Shown one piece after another: positions 38,271 through 47,447 of a stretch of 64,000 nucleotides of DNA. Position 1 is the first letter of the stretch; each line of letters starts with the position of its first letter. The notes beneath the pieces are model-generated. The model ran no database searches. It was not told where the DNA came from and saw only the letters and a list, made by a program, of their open reading frames with translations. Source of the stretch: an uncultured Phycisphaera sp. (lineage in GTDB: Bacteria > Planctomycetota > Phycisphaerae > UBA1845); the NCBI GenBank assembly GCA_964486335.1, contig CAZAMB010000005.1:100008-164007 (forward strand), in the 5' to 3' direction. The position numbers were made by a program, and so were the translations under genes.

Positions 38271-39071
38271 ATGCGATATGTACTGAAAGACAAAGTCGTT
38301 CTTATTACTGGTGCGTCTGAAGGCATCGGCCGGGCCTGCGCCGTCGAGTTCCATCAGGCCGGCAGTTGCGTCGTGGCGGCCGCCCGGTCGTTGGAGAAAC
38401 TCGAGGCGCTGGCCTGCGAACTGGGCGATCGGGTGACGGCTTTTCGGCTCGACGTTACCGACAAGGTACAGCGGCAGGCCGCGGTCGCAGCAACTCTTGA
38501 GAAACATGGACGCATTGACGTGCTCATCAACAACGCCGGATGGGCGAGCTTCGGCACCGTGCTCAAGACGCCGCAAGAACATCTTAACCGGATGATCGAC
38601 TTGAACTTCCTTGGTCCGATCGCGTTGATCCAGGCGGTATTGCCGCAGATGATCGGACGAGGCAGCGGGCAAATCATCAACATCTCCTCCGTCGTGGGCA
38701 CACAGGCGATTCCACGCATGACGGTTTACAGCGCCACCAAGTCGGCGTTGAACGCGCTCTCCACCGGACTTCGCATGGAATTGCGCGGCACGGGCGTGGA
38801 CGTGCTTTCCGTTTCGCCCAGCTCCACCAACACGGCTTTCTTTCGATCGGCTGCAACGGTGGACGCCCGTGCAACACGCATTGCCGAGACTCAATACACG
38901 CCCGAGCGCGTCGCCCGCGCGATCGTCCGCTCGTCGCGGCGCCGTCGCGCCGAAGTCACGCTATCCTTAGAGGGAAAGACCATTACCACGATTCGGCGAA
39001 TTTCGCATCGACTAGCCGATGGTATCATGTTTCACGTAGCCAAGCGTGCGATGCCGGAAACGCGAGAATGA
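38271..39071 (+). CDS. short-chain dehydrogenase/reductase (SDR)
   Basis: [14 protein letters not shown] (TGxxxGxG), [25 protein letters not shown] (S..YxxxK). Confidence 0.85.
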   Translation: MRYVLKDKVVLITGASEGIGRACAVEFHQAGSCVVAAARSLEKLEALACELGDRVTAFRLDVTDKVQRQAAVAATLEKHGRIDVLINNAGWASFGTVLKTPQEHLNRMIDLNFLGPIALIQAVLPQMIGRGSGQIINISSVVGTQAIPRMTVYSATKSALNALSTGLRMELRGTGVDVLSVSPSSTNTAFFRSAATVDARATRIAETQYTPERVARAIVRSSRRRRAEVTLSLEGKTITTIRRISHRLADGIMFHVAKRAMPETRE

Positions 39072-39096
39072 TCTGATCCTCTTGAGGACGGCTGGT

Positions 39097-40200
39097 ATGT
39101 CGGAATCGCATGGTTCGCCCCGTCGTTTGAACGCGTTGGATCGATTTCTTACGCTCTGGATTTTCCTGGCCATGGGAGCGGGCGTACTCCTTGGATACGG
39201 AATTCCCGGCGTGGAGGCGTTCGTCCATCGATTTCAGGTCGGCACGACCAACATTCCCATCGCGCTCGGTTTGATCCTGATGATGTACCCACCGCTGGCG
39301 AAGGTGCGCTACGAGAAGCTTGGCGACGTCTTTCGCAACACGCGGATTCTCGGCCTGTCGCTGTTGCAGAACTGGGTGATCGGGCCGATTCTCATGTTCG
39401 TGCTCGCCGTCCTTTTTCTGGGTGACCACCCGCAATACATGACCGGACTCATCATGATCGGGCTTGCCCGGTGCATTGCGATGGTGATTGTCTGGAACGA
39501 ACTGGCGTGCGGCGACGCCGAATACGCGGCGGGGCTGGTCGCATTCAATGCGGTGTTTCAGGTGTTGTTCTATTCGATCTATGCATGGTTGTTCATCACC
39601 ATCCTCCCGCCGATGCTCGGATTGGCCGGCGCCGTCGTGGAGGTCACGATATCGCAGATCGCATGGAGCGTGTTCATCTACCTGGGCATCCCCTTTCTGG
39701 CCGGTTTGCTCACGCGAATCGCGCTGGTTCGCATGCGCGGGCAGACGTGGTATGAGCAGCAATTCATCCCGCGCATTTCGCCGATCACACTGATGTCGCT
39801 GTTGTTCACCATCATCGTGATGTTCTCGCTGAAGGGCGAGATGATCGTCCGGCTTCCCATGGACGTGGTTCGCATCGCCATTCCTCTTTGCATCTACTTC
39901 GTGGCCATGTTCTTCGTTTCATATGCCATGGGGCGAGCGATTGGGGCCGATGATGCGAGGACCACGACGATCGCCTTCACCGCTGCTAGCAACAACTTCG
40001 AACTGGCGATCGCGGTGGCCGTCGCGATATTCGGAATCAACTCCGGAGCGGCTTTCGCTGCGGTGATCGGTCCCTTGGTCGAGGTTCCGGTGATGATCGC
40101 CCTGGTGAATGTGTCGCTGCGTTTTCGTCGGCGGCACCTCGACCCCGACCAATCTGCTCGGGCGACAGCAACTGGCGGAACATCGGAAAAGACCATATGA
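39097..40200 (+). CDS. acr3: ACR3-family arsenite efflux transporter
   Basis: About 368 aa, 10-TM pattern with [29 protein letters not shown] and [13 protein letters not shown], characteristic of ArsB/ACR3 (BART superfamily). Confidence 0.8.
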   Translation: MSESHGSPRRLNALDRFLTLWIFLAMGAGVLLGYGIPGVEAFVHRFQVGTTNIPIALGLILMMYPPLAKVRYEKLGDVFRNTRILGLSLLQNWVIGPILMFVLAVLFLGDHPQYMTGLIMIGLARCIAMVIVWNELACGDAEYAAGLVAFNAVFQVLFYSIYAWLFITILPPMLGLAGAVVEVTISQIAWSVFIYLGIPFLAGLLTRIALVRMRGQTWYEQQFIPRISPITLMSLLFTIIVMFSLKGEMIVRLPMDVVRIAIPLCIYFVAMFFVSYAMGRAIGADDARTTTIAFTAASNNFELAIAVAVAIFGINSGAAFAAVIGPLVEVPVMIALVNVSLRFRRRHLDPDQSARATATGGTSEKTI

Positions 40201-40256
40201 TTCGTTCCGCGACGGCCAACGAACAAACACGCTGATTAAGGGTCGATTCAACCTGG

Positions 40257-41768
40257 ATGGAACGAAAGAGCGTTTACCTTGAGACAATGGGCTGCCAGAT
40301 GAACGTGCTCGACAGCGAGCTCGTCATGGGACAGCTTCGCGCATTGGGTTATTCGCCTACGAGCGCCATGACCGAAGCCGATGTCGTGCTGCTCAATACT
40401 TGTTCGGTGCGAGACCACGCCGAGCAGAAAGTTCTTTCCCGGCTTGGCGCGCTTAAGAAAACAAAATCTAGCCGACCCGACATGGTGGTGGGTGTGATCG
40501 GCTGCATGGCCGAGCGCGACCCCGACGGCATCTTCAGCAAAATGCCGCACGTGGATTTGGTTTGCGGGCCGGGTGAACTGAACAAGGTGCCGGCTCTGAT
40601 CGAGGACGTTCGGGCGACGCGATCGCGCGCAATTGCCCTTGCCCAATCGCTTTCACGTAAGAGCACGCCGCTGGATCGCGGTTTGGAGTACGATTCCGTC
40701 GAAGCGCTCGATCTCTCGCGCGACCCCGCGCCCGGTGAATCCGTGCTCCAGTCTTACGTTCGCGTGCAGAGGGGCTGCGACAAGTTTTGCACGTTTTGCG
40801 TCGTTCCGTTCACTCGCGGACCGGAACGGAGTCGGCCGCCGTCGCAGATCGTCGATGAGGCTCGAATGCTCGCTGATCGCGGCGCTAAGGAGATCACGCT
40901 TCTTGGACAGACGGTCAACAGCTATGTGCAATCGGAAGACGGAAAAGAGGTTCGATTTGCGGATCTGCTCGAGCGCGTCAGTGCGGTTCCCGGTGTCGAA
41001 CGAGTTCGTTTTGTCACGAGCTACCCCGGCGATTTTACTGATGACATTTTGCAGGCCATGCGCGATTTGCCCCAAGTGTGCGAATACTTACACCTTCCGG
41101 TGCAGAGCGGAAGCGACACCGTCTTGCAGCGCATGCGTCGCCAGTACAGCGTTTCGCAATACACTGAACTGATCGACCGCGCCCGACAGTATGTCCCAGA
41201 CATCGCCATCGCAAGCGACTTTATCGTCGGATTCTCGGGTGAGACTCAAGAGGATCACGAAGCCACGAAGCGACTAATCGAGCGATGTATGTTCAAGAAC
41301 ATCTTCGTCTTCAAGTACTCGACGAGGCCCGGAACGGTGGCGGACAAGCGCATGGACGATGACGTTTCGGAATCCGTCAAGCGTGGACGCAACGTTGAAT
41401 TGCTGCGTCTGCAAGAGGGCATTTCGATGGAAGCCAATCAGCGAATGATCGGGCGCGAAGTCGAAGTGCTCGTGGAAGGTTTCAGTAAGGCCGCACTGAA
41501 GGCGCAGGAATCGGAGCAGGATCGCGGCCAGGAAGTCGGGTGGCGGCGCGGCGACCAATTGGTTGGCCGAACGCGACAAGATCAGATTGTTGTCTTTTCA
41601 GGTGATCGACGTTTGATCGGCAATTTCATTTCGGTCCGCGTCGTTGCGGCAACCGCGCTGACGTTGCACGCCGAATTCAAGAGGGGTGACAACGGCCGTG
41701 TGACGAGCGACCCTCTCGCGGATCGGCTTCCGGTCGCTACCCTCCCGATTGTTTGTGGTTCCGGTTGA
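40257..41768 (+). CDS. miaB: tRNA-2-methylthio-N6-dimethylallyladenosine synthase MiaB
   Basis: MTTase N-domain (VYLETMGCQMNVLDSE), radical-SAM CDKFCTFCVVP (CxxxCxxC), TRAM C-terminus. Confidence 0.9.
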   Translation: MERKSVYLETMGCQMNVLDSELVMGQLRALGYSPTSAMTEADVVLLNTCSVRDHAEQKVLSRLGALKKTKSSRPDMVVGVIGCMAERDPDGIFSKMPHVDLVCGPGELNKVPALIEDVRATRSRAIALAQSLSRKSTPLDRGLEYDSVEALDLSRDPAPGESVLQSYVRVQRGCDKFCTFCVVPFTRGPERSRPPSQIVDEARMLADRGAKEITLLGQTVNSYVQSEDGKEVRFADLLERVSAVPGVERVRFVTSYPGDFTDDILQAMRDLPQVCEYLHLPVQSGSDTVLQRMRRQYSVSQYTELIDRARQYVPDIAIASDFIVGFSGETQEDHEATKRLIERCMFKNIFVFKYSTRPGTVADKRMDDDVSESVKRGRNVELLRLQEGISMEANQRMIGREVEVLVEGFSKAALKAQESEQDRGQEVGWRRGDQLVGRTRQDQIVVFSGDRRLIGNFISVRVVAATALTLHAEFKRGDNGRVTSDPLADRLPVATLPIVCGSG

Positions 41769-41809
41769 CGCCTTGCGAAAACTGCATGGCCCAGCTATAC
41801 TTCCCAGTC

Positions 41810-42169
41810 ATGACTTCGAGCCATTCCACGGTTGCACCGCCGCGAACGCTGCCGGCTCCCGAGACGCTGGAGGACACGCGCGCTCACCATCAGCTTCTGC
41901 CGATGTATCATGTTGTCCTGCTTGATGACAATGACCATACGTATGACTACGTGATTTCCATGCTTCGAAAGCTCTTTGGCATGACGACCGAACAGGCCTT
42001 CGTTCACGCCAACGAAGTGGACACGCAAAAACGAGTGATCCTCGATACGACCACGCTCGAAAGGGCTGAGTTAAAGCGGGATCAGATTCACACGTTTGGG
42101 CGCGATTGGCGCATTCCTCGTTGTGCCGGCAGCATGTCCGCGGTCATTGAGCCGGCCGGCGACCGATAA
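41810..42169 (+). CDS. clpS: ATP-dependent Clp protease adaptor ClpS
   Basis: MYHVVLLDDNDHTYDYVISMLRKLFGMTTEQAFVHANEVDTQKRVIL is the ClpS core. Start at the MTSSHS Met. Confidence 0.85.
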   Translation: MTSSHSTVAPPRTLPAPETLEDTRAHHQLLPMYHVVLLDDNDHTYDYVISMLRKLFGMTTEQAFVHANEVDTQKRVILDTTTLERAELKRDQIHTFGRDWRIPRCAGSMSAVIEPAGDR

Positions 42170-42309
42170 GCCCACAGAGATAGACACTTTTCTCAAGCCC
42201 ACTGAATTCGCGGGCCTGCGGTGCTTCGCTTGCGAATCGGCAGAATGTGTTTTTTTCGAGTCGTTGACAGCCCGAAACGACCCGGCTAACGTTTGGAAGC
42301 GATGTCTTT

Positions 42310-42381
42310 GCGGGTGTAGCTCAGTGGTAGAGCGTCACGTTGCCAACGTGAATGTCGAGGGTTCGAGCCCCTTCACCCGCT
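42310..42381 (+). tRNA. tRNA-Gly (anticodon GCC)
   Basis: GCGGGTGTAGCTCAGTGGTAGAGCGTCACGTTGCCAACGTGAATGTCGAGGGTTCGAGCCCCTTCACCCGCT. Acceptor GCGGGTG/CACCCGC, anticodon loop TTGCCAA; no encoded CCA. Confidence 0.9.
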
Positions 42382-42653
42382 GTTCCTGACGCGCCGTACC
42401 ACGAAGCGACACAGGCGTGCAACCTTTGACTCCAACGCTAGTTACAGCGACCGATTCTCGGCTTTCCTAGATTCTCATTGCCTGGTCGCTTTTGCCAGAA
42501 AGTGACCGGAATGGACCGCAGTGGACGCCCATTCGTGCAAGGTCTAGTGCGAATTGAACTCGATGAAAATGCTACGAGGGTTGTGAATTGGCGGGCTTCG
42601 ATTGGTGGTGGGTCGACGCTCGGAGATTCGTCGACCAGTGCGCTCAAAGTAGA

Positions 42654-43166
42654 ATGGAAATGGTCATGGGAATTCGCAACGTCATGGCAGCATTTGAGGC
42701 AATCGATCGTTGCGTCACGAGATGGATGGCTCGTTATGGGCAGCTGCTCCTTCGATTAAGCTTGGCCTTTGTTTTCCTCTGGTTTGGCGCCTTGAAATTC
42801 TTTCCCGAAATGAGCCCCGCCCAGGAACTCGCCACGCGTACCATTGGTTATTTGACCGGCGGTTGGGTCGGCCCAGGTCTGTCCGTTCCTGCACTCGCGG
42901 CGTGGGAGTGCCTGATTGGGCTTGGACTCCTCATCGGAAAGGGACTGCGCGCCGTCCTGTTCCTTCTATACTTGCAGATGATGGGTACGTTGACGCCCGT
43001 GGTCCTCTTTCCCGAAGTAGTGTTTTCCCGCATTCCTTTCGTTCCGACCTTGGAAGGACAGTACATCATTAAGAACCTCGTATTGATCAGTGCAGGCATT
43101 GTGATCGGCGCGACTGTTCGCGGTGGCAAGCTGGTCGCCGAGCCGCACGCCGTTGTGGACGAATGA
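42654..43166 (+). CDS. DUF417/YkgB(RclC)-like inner-membrane protein
   Basis: About 170 aa, RYGQLLLRLSLAFVFLWFGALKF.. four-TM pattern typical of the DUF417 family. Start ambiguous (42654 or 42684). Confidence 0.55.
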   Translation: MEMVMGIRNVMAAFEAIDRCVTRWMARYGQLLLRLSLAFVFLWFGALKFFPEMSPAQELATRTIGYLTGGWVGPGLSVPALAAWECLIGLGLLIGKGLRAVLFLLYLQMMGTLTPVVLFPEVVFSRIPFVPTLEGQYIIKNLVLISAGIVIGATVRGGKLVAEPHAVVDE

Positions 43167-43627
43167 ACTTACAGAGTACGCCGGACGGTTTCACGCTCCC
43201 ATTCCAGGCATTCGGCAATCCATAAGGAAAGCTCGGCGGCCAGGTCCGCTCGCAGGAGGATGTACGAGCCCCGACCGTATTTTTCGTCGACTGGATGCAA
43301 CACGGCATGGGCGGCGGGTGTGGTCAATTCCAATTAGCCTACCGTCATCGACGCCCGTTCGCTCTTCAGCGGTCCGGTCAGTGCGAGCATTTGATAGATC
43401 AATTCCCATTCTCGTCTTGCGCGTTCGAGATGAGCAATCAGTTCTAGGTTATACGACTGTATATTGTGCGCTCGCTCCATGGCGGCATGCAAATCATTCA
43501 ACGTCAGAGCCGCTCGCTTCCACGTGGCCCGACTTTCGCGAGTTCGCCACTCCTCGCTTGAAAGCACGACTTCGCGTCTGTACTCCGCAAGAGGCCGCGA
43601 CTGGGCGACGAGCAAAAACCGTTTCAA
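43148..43627 (-). pseudogene. DinB/YfiT-like or regulator-like gene interrupted by an in-frame TAA
   Basis: A 97 aa ORF ends at TAA (43333..43331). The same frame continues for 54 more codons of protein-like sequence (..HPVDEKYGRGSYILLRADLAAELSLWIAECLEWERETVRRTL) down to a TAA at about 43169..43167. Confidence 0.35.
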
Positions 43628-43772
43628 TTCAGATTCAGTCGAGGCGCTTCGCGGGAGACACTGATCTTTGGTTCAGACGGGAGCGCAAAAAGTTGCCAAA
43701 TGCGTCCGGGGCGTTTGCTTGAGAATGAAGTATGAGACAGAATCCCGATACTCTTCAGCTTGAGGCACACTA

Positions 43773-44009
43773 ATGCGACCCAGTTTTAATACAATTTGGC
43801 AAAACGGGCGCTTTACAGGATCTTTGACGCAACATCTCAAAAAGATTGCTCAATTGAGTAGATCGACTTTCAATTGCGAACGCTACTTGAAAGCGCTTCT
43901 TAATATTATCATACTATCAACTGATGCTCGTCTCATTAGAACGAAAGGACTCTCGGAGTTTTTGCGGCAGCGTGTTCCGCATTCGGGCCTCATATCAAAT
44001 TCGGCCTGA
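43773..44009 (+). CDS. questionable small ORF in an AT-rich segment
   Basis: 78 aa ORF in a 43690..44050 stretch of about 42% GC, far below the window average. No family recognised. Confidence 0.2.
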   Translation: MRPSFNTIWQNGRFTGSLTQHLKKIAQLSRSTFNCERYLKALLNIIILSTDARLIRTKGLSEFLRQRVPHSGLISNSA

Positions 44010-44055
44010 GCGGGGCTGACAAGGACGTTGAGCTGTCCTACCCAATCATGACGCT

Positions 44056-45465
44056 GTGCCATCGAAAAGTGTTTGGCTGAGGTTTTTCTGTGAAGGCCGT
44101 TGCCTTTCGAGGGCCGCGCTGGCGCGGTCGCTTGCGGACCAAGGCGTATCGGTCGTGGATCCTTTGTCAGAGCGCGAGTCCGGCCCCGGAATTGTCGTAT
44201 TCCAAATTGTTAATTCCGAGCTCTGTGAGCTGATGTCCAAAGTCTCATGTTGTGGTTCGGAACGAGTGCTCGCTTTGGCCGATACTCCATCTGTACTTAA
44301 AAAAGGAGACGTTTGGCGCCTTTTGCACGCCGGCGCGGCGGATGTATTTGATTGGGTGGAATCGGCCAATCCGGCACGGGAGATCGCGATCCGGTTGACA
44401 CGTTGGACCGAGGTCGACGAAATTGTCAAATCATCTCTGGTTCGGGAAAACCTGATTGGACATAGTCGAATTTGGAACGACCTCCTTCGACAAATCGTCG
44501 AAGTAGCGCGATTTTCCGAAGCCTCGATTCTGATAACAGGAGAGAGTGGAACCGGTAAGGAATTGATTGCCCGTTTGATCCATACACTCGATGCCCGGCC
44601 AGACAAAGGTGAACTCGTCGTGCTCGACTGCACAACGATTGTACCGGAACTCGCTGGAAGCGAATTCTTTGGTCACGAGCGTGGGGCCTTTACCGGAGCG
44701 ATTGTCGCACGTGATGGCGCCTTCGCGCTGGCGAACGGCGGCACGCTTTTCCTCGACGAAGTCGGAGACCTACCACGGACGTTGCAGGCGCAGTTGCTTC
44801 GCGTGATACAGGAACACACCTATAAACGTGTAGGAGGCAACCAATGGTGCCAGTCGCATTTTCGATTGTTGTGTGCCACGAACAAGGACTTGACGGTTGA
44901 GGTGAAGGAAGGGCGATTTCGCGCCGACTTGTACTACCGAATTGCAGATTGGACGATTCGATTGCCCCCACTTCGTGACCGTACCGAGGACATTCCCCTG
45001 TTGGCTCGACACTTCATCCAAGCCCATGGCCACCATCGGAGCGATTTCAATTCCGAAGTGACCGAGTATCTGTTGTCTCGGGACTACCCGGGAAACGTTC
45101 GCGATCTGAAACAAGTGGTGGCGCGAATGAGCCATCGACACGTTGGCCAGGGCGAAATCACCGTCGGAGCGATCCCGCCCACGGACCGGCCTCAGGCGGA
45201 GAGTCCGTTGGATAGATGGAGCGACAGAGTGTTCGAACTACCGGTTCGACACTCTCTGGCAGTTGGCGTGGGACTGAAGGAAATCGGCCGAATTGCCGAG
45301 GAGACCGCCGTTCAGATCGCTCTCGCGGAAGAAGGCGGAAATCTGCAGCGAGCCGCTCGACGATTGAAAGTGTCGGATCGCGCCTTGCAGCTCCGACAAG
45401 CCAACGGACGAGGACCCAAGGAAGCGCCCAGCGACCCCGTCATCGAGGGACGGACGCCTGCGTAG
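44056..45465 (+). CDS. sigma-54-dependent transcriptional activator (bEBP) with degenerate N-terminal receiver-like domain
   Basis: AAA+ sigma-54 interaction domain (ITGESGTGKELIARLIH, GAFTGA, ESELFGHE-like FFGHERGAF), C-terminal Fis-type HTH. The N-terminal ~130 aa resemble a receiver but lack an obvious phospho-acceptor Asp. GTG start at 44056. Confidence 0.85.
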   Translation: MPSKSVWLRFFCEGRCLSRAALARSLADQGVSVVDPLSERESGPGIVVFQIVNSELCELMSKVSCCGSERVLALADTPSVLKKGDVWRLLHAGAADVFDWVESANPAREIAIRLTRWTEVDEIVKSSLVRENLIGHSRIWNDLLRQIVEVARFSEASILITGESGTGKELIARLIHTLDARPDKGELVVLDCTTIVPELAGSEFFGHERGAFTGAIVARDGAFALANGGTLFLDEVGDLPRTLQAQLLRVIQEHTYKRVGGNQWCQSHFRLLCATNKDLTVEVKEGRFRADLYYRIADWTIRLPPLRDRTEDIPLLARHFIQAHGHHRSDFNSEVTEYLLSRDYPGNVRDLKQVVARMSHRHVGQGEITVGAIPPTDRPQAESPLDRWSDRVFELPVRHSLAVGVGLKEIGRIAEETAVQIALAEEGGNLQRAARRLKVSDRALQLRQANGRGPKEAPSDPVIEGRTPA

Positions 45466-46282
45466 CCGGCGAAGGTTGGAGCCATGGCTCATTTGGCTCG
45501 ACCATCGGTCTGGAGGGCTTGGCGCCAAAGTGAACGGAACCGACGGGGTTTCGCGAGACTTGGGAAATGAGCCTCAGGATATTCCCGCCGAGAACAAGTC
45601 GCGCGTACTGGGGCGACATGCCAAGCGCTCGAACCTTGGCCAACTCGACGCCAGGATGCAACCAAGGACCGTCGGAACCAAACAGAATTTTTCTTGCGCC
45701 GGCACGATGAAGCGCTTCTTCGAGCAGATCGAACCTTCTTACACCGGACGTATCGGTATGGACATTGGGGTAACGAGTCAGTATGTCCAGGAACGCTCGC
45801 TGGGCGCGCCAGTCGTCTGCGAAGCTGCCCAGATGCGGGATAATGAAATTGACGCCGGCGTATTCCGAAGCGATCAACTCTACCTGCGAGACCTCGCCCA
45901 TCACATCGTAGAGGATGGGCAATGACCAGCGTTTCGCGGCTGCGCAAACCTCTCTTGTGATGGAAGCGTTGTACCGATGGACCTTGATTCCGCGAAATCC
46001 ATGCACGTGCACCGCCTCGTCGATCATCGCCTGCATTCGACCCCGGTCGGCATGTGGGTGGACGAAGGCAAAGCCGATAAAACGACCATTGGATTGAGCG
46101 ACAATTCTCGCCACTTCGCGGTTGGCGGTTCGGTAGTCGGAATGAAACGCAGGGAAGAGTACAGTTCGGCGAATCCCGGCCGCGTCGGCCCGAGCAATGT
46201 ACTTCCCAAGCGGCGCAGCGGTGTCCCAGGGACCCGTCAATCCGTCTCCGCGACCGGCATGGCAATGGCAGTCAATGATCAT
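45440..46282 (-). CDS. amidohydrolase-2 family TIM-barrel metal-dependent hydrolase
   Basis: MIIDCHCHAG (HxH) N-terminus, later His and Asp ligands (FIIPHLG, FGSDGPW). Confidence 0.8.
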   Translation of the reverse strand: MIIDCHCHAGRGDGLTGPWDTAAPLGKYIARADAAGIRRTVLFPAFHSDYRTANREVARIVAQSNGRFIGFAFVHPHADRGRMQAMIDEAVHVHGFRGIKVHRYNASITREVCAAAKRWSLPILYDVMGEVSQVELIASEYAGVNFIIPHLGSFADDWRAQRAFLDILTRYPNVHTDTSGVRRFDLLEEALHRAGARKILFGSDGPWLHPGVELAKVRALGMSPQYARLVLGGNILRLISQVSRNPVGSVHFGAKPSRPMVEPNEPWLQPSPATQASVPR

Positions 46283-46442
46283 GGAATCAACCTGAAAATC
46301 GTGATGGACCGCCTGCGGTAGTTGAAGTTCATTGCCGATGCGTCATGGATTCGTCGCCTCTGGGACTTCAGTAACATCTCCGACAAGACCAATTGAATAC
46401 CGGGCCGTCTGTTCACAATTGCCGAAGCGATTTGATTTTAGT

Positions 46443-47447
46443 TTATAGAATCGCACCCGATCGAGATTTGAACCAGGGGGTCAACCGTCTGGCGCCGTCC
46501 AGATTCAGTTCGGTGTGAATGTGATTCGTATGCGGACTAGGGCCAGCATAGTTTCCGTCCTTTCGGCCACTCCGTGAACCATTCCATTTGATACGATTCC
46601 AAATAACGAACTGAATTCCGATGGCCGAAGCATTTTGTACAAGCCAGTTCGCTATCGGATCTCCGACGGCGGAGTTTGCTTGGTGATCTATTTCGCGAAT
46701 CATGATGTCGAGAGCGCGCCCCACCCCGTGAACGGAGGTTTCTGACGGAGTTGCTGAATTAAATCGACATGCATAACCACCGACGGAATCAACGCCTGGA
46801 AACGTCCTTCGTATATAGGTTCCCAGTTCGGCCGCGCCAGGTGTAAACGTGCCGCTGCAATTGCGTCCATTGGCCCACGGTGGAGGACTATCATAGCGAA
46901 CAAACTGTGCTTCGCCGGCAGCGCGAACGTCGGCGGGTAGCACCCATTTCTCGCTCGAAATCGACGGGCTCGGAGAATCCGGCATACTTCCCGTGAGTCG
47001 CTCCCAGGTCCGTCTGCCGACAATGCCGTCAACCGTCAAGCCGTTCGCTCGCTGAAATGTCAGTACCGCCGCTCTCGTAAGGGGACCGAAGGCCCCATCC
47101 TCAGAAAGGCGGCTTTGTCCGGGCGCGGCGTTAGTCGCAATCCAAGCATTAAGTCGTCTTTGCAATTCGATGACAGCCGCTCCGCGCGAACCGGTTCGCA
47201 GCGTTGGCCAAGTTGGTGACTCGTTGAGAATCTCGTCGAACGATAACTCGTCAAGACCAAGTTCATGACCAGGGGACTGCTCAATTTGAAGTACACCGGG
47301 CAAGATCTCATCCAGCTCGGTTGAAAATGGCGATTGATGATCCAGCGGCAGGATGATGTTGCGGCCATGTCGAAACCAGCGGCCGCCTCGTTTTGCACGC
47401 AGGCCACTTGTTTTTCTTACAGAAGATGATGCGCGCAGTCTGTTCAT
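46443..47447 (-). CDS. endolysin-like protein: peptidoglycan-binding domain (PG_binding_1) plus LAS/M15-type metallopeptidase-like C-terminal domain
   Basis: LTVDGIVGRRTWERL is the PG_binding_1 signature. SVHGVGRALDIM and HTNHIHTE resemble LAS-peptidase zinc ligands (SxHxxGxAxD ... H). ATG at 47447 overlaps the upstream stop (ATGA). Residues ~20-35 carry the GRWFRHGRNIILPL motif. Confidence 0.6.
   Translation of the reverse strand: MNRLRASSSVRKTSGLRAKRGGRWFRHGRNIILPLDHQSPFSTELDEILPGVLQIEQSPGHELGLDELSFDEILNESPTWPTLRTGSRGAAVIELQRRLNAWIATNAAPGQSRLSEDGAFGPLTRAAVLTFQRANGLTVDGIVGRRTWERLTGSMPDSPSPSISSEKWVLPADVRAAGEAQFVRYDSPPPWANGRNCSGTFTPGAAELGTYIRRTFPGVDSVGGYACRFNSATPSETSVHGVGRALDIMIREIDHQANSAVGDPIANWLVQNASAIGIQFVIWNRIKWNGSRSGRKDGNYAGPSPHTNHIHTELNLDGARRLTPWFKSRSGAIL

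Noticed and set aside
43797-43812. TGGCAAAACGGGCGC as a possible sigma-54 -24/-12 element upstream of the bEBP gene; a second candidate TGGCAACTTTTTGCG on the minus strand near 43650
   Set aside because: -12 element is GCGC rather than TTGC in the first, and GG-to-GC spacing is one nt short in the second; too weak to call without a PWM scan.
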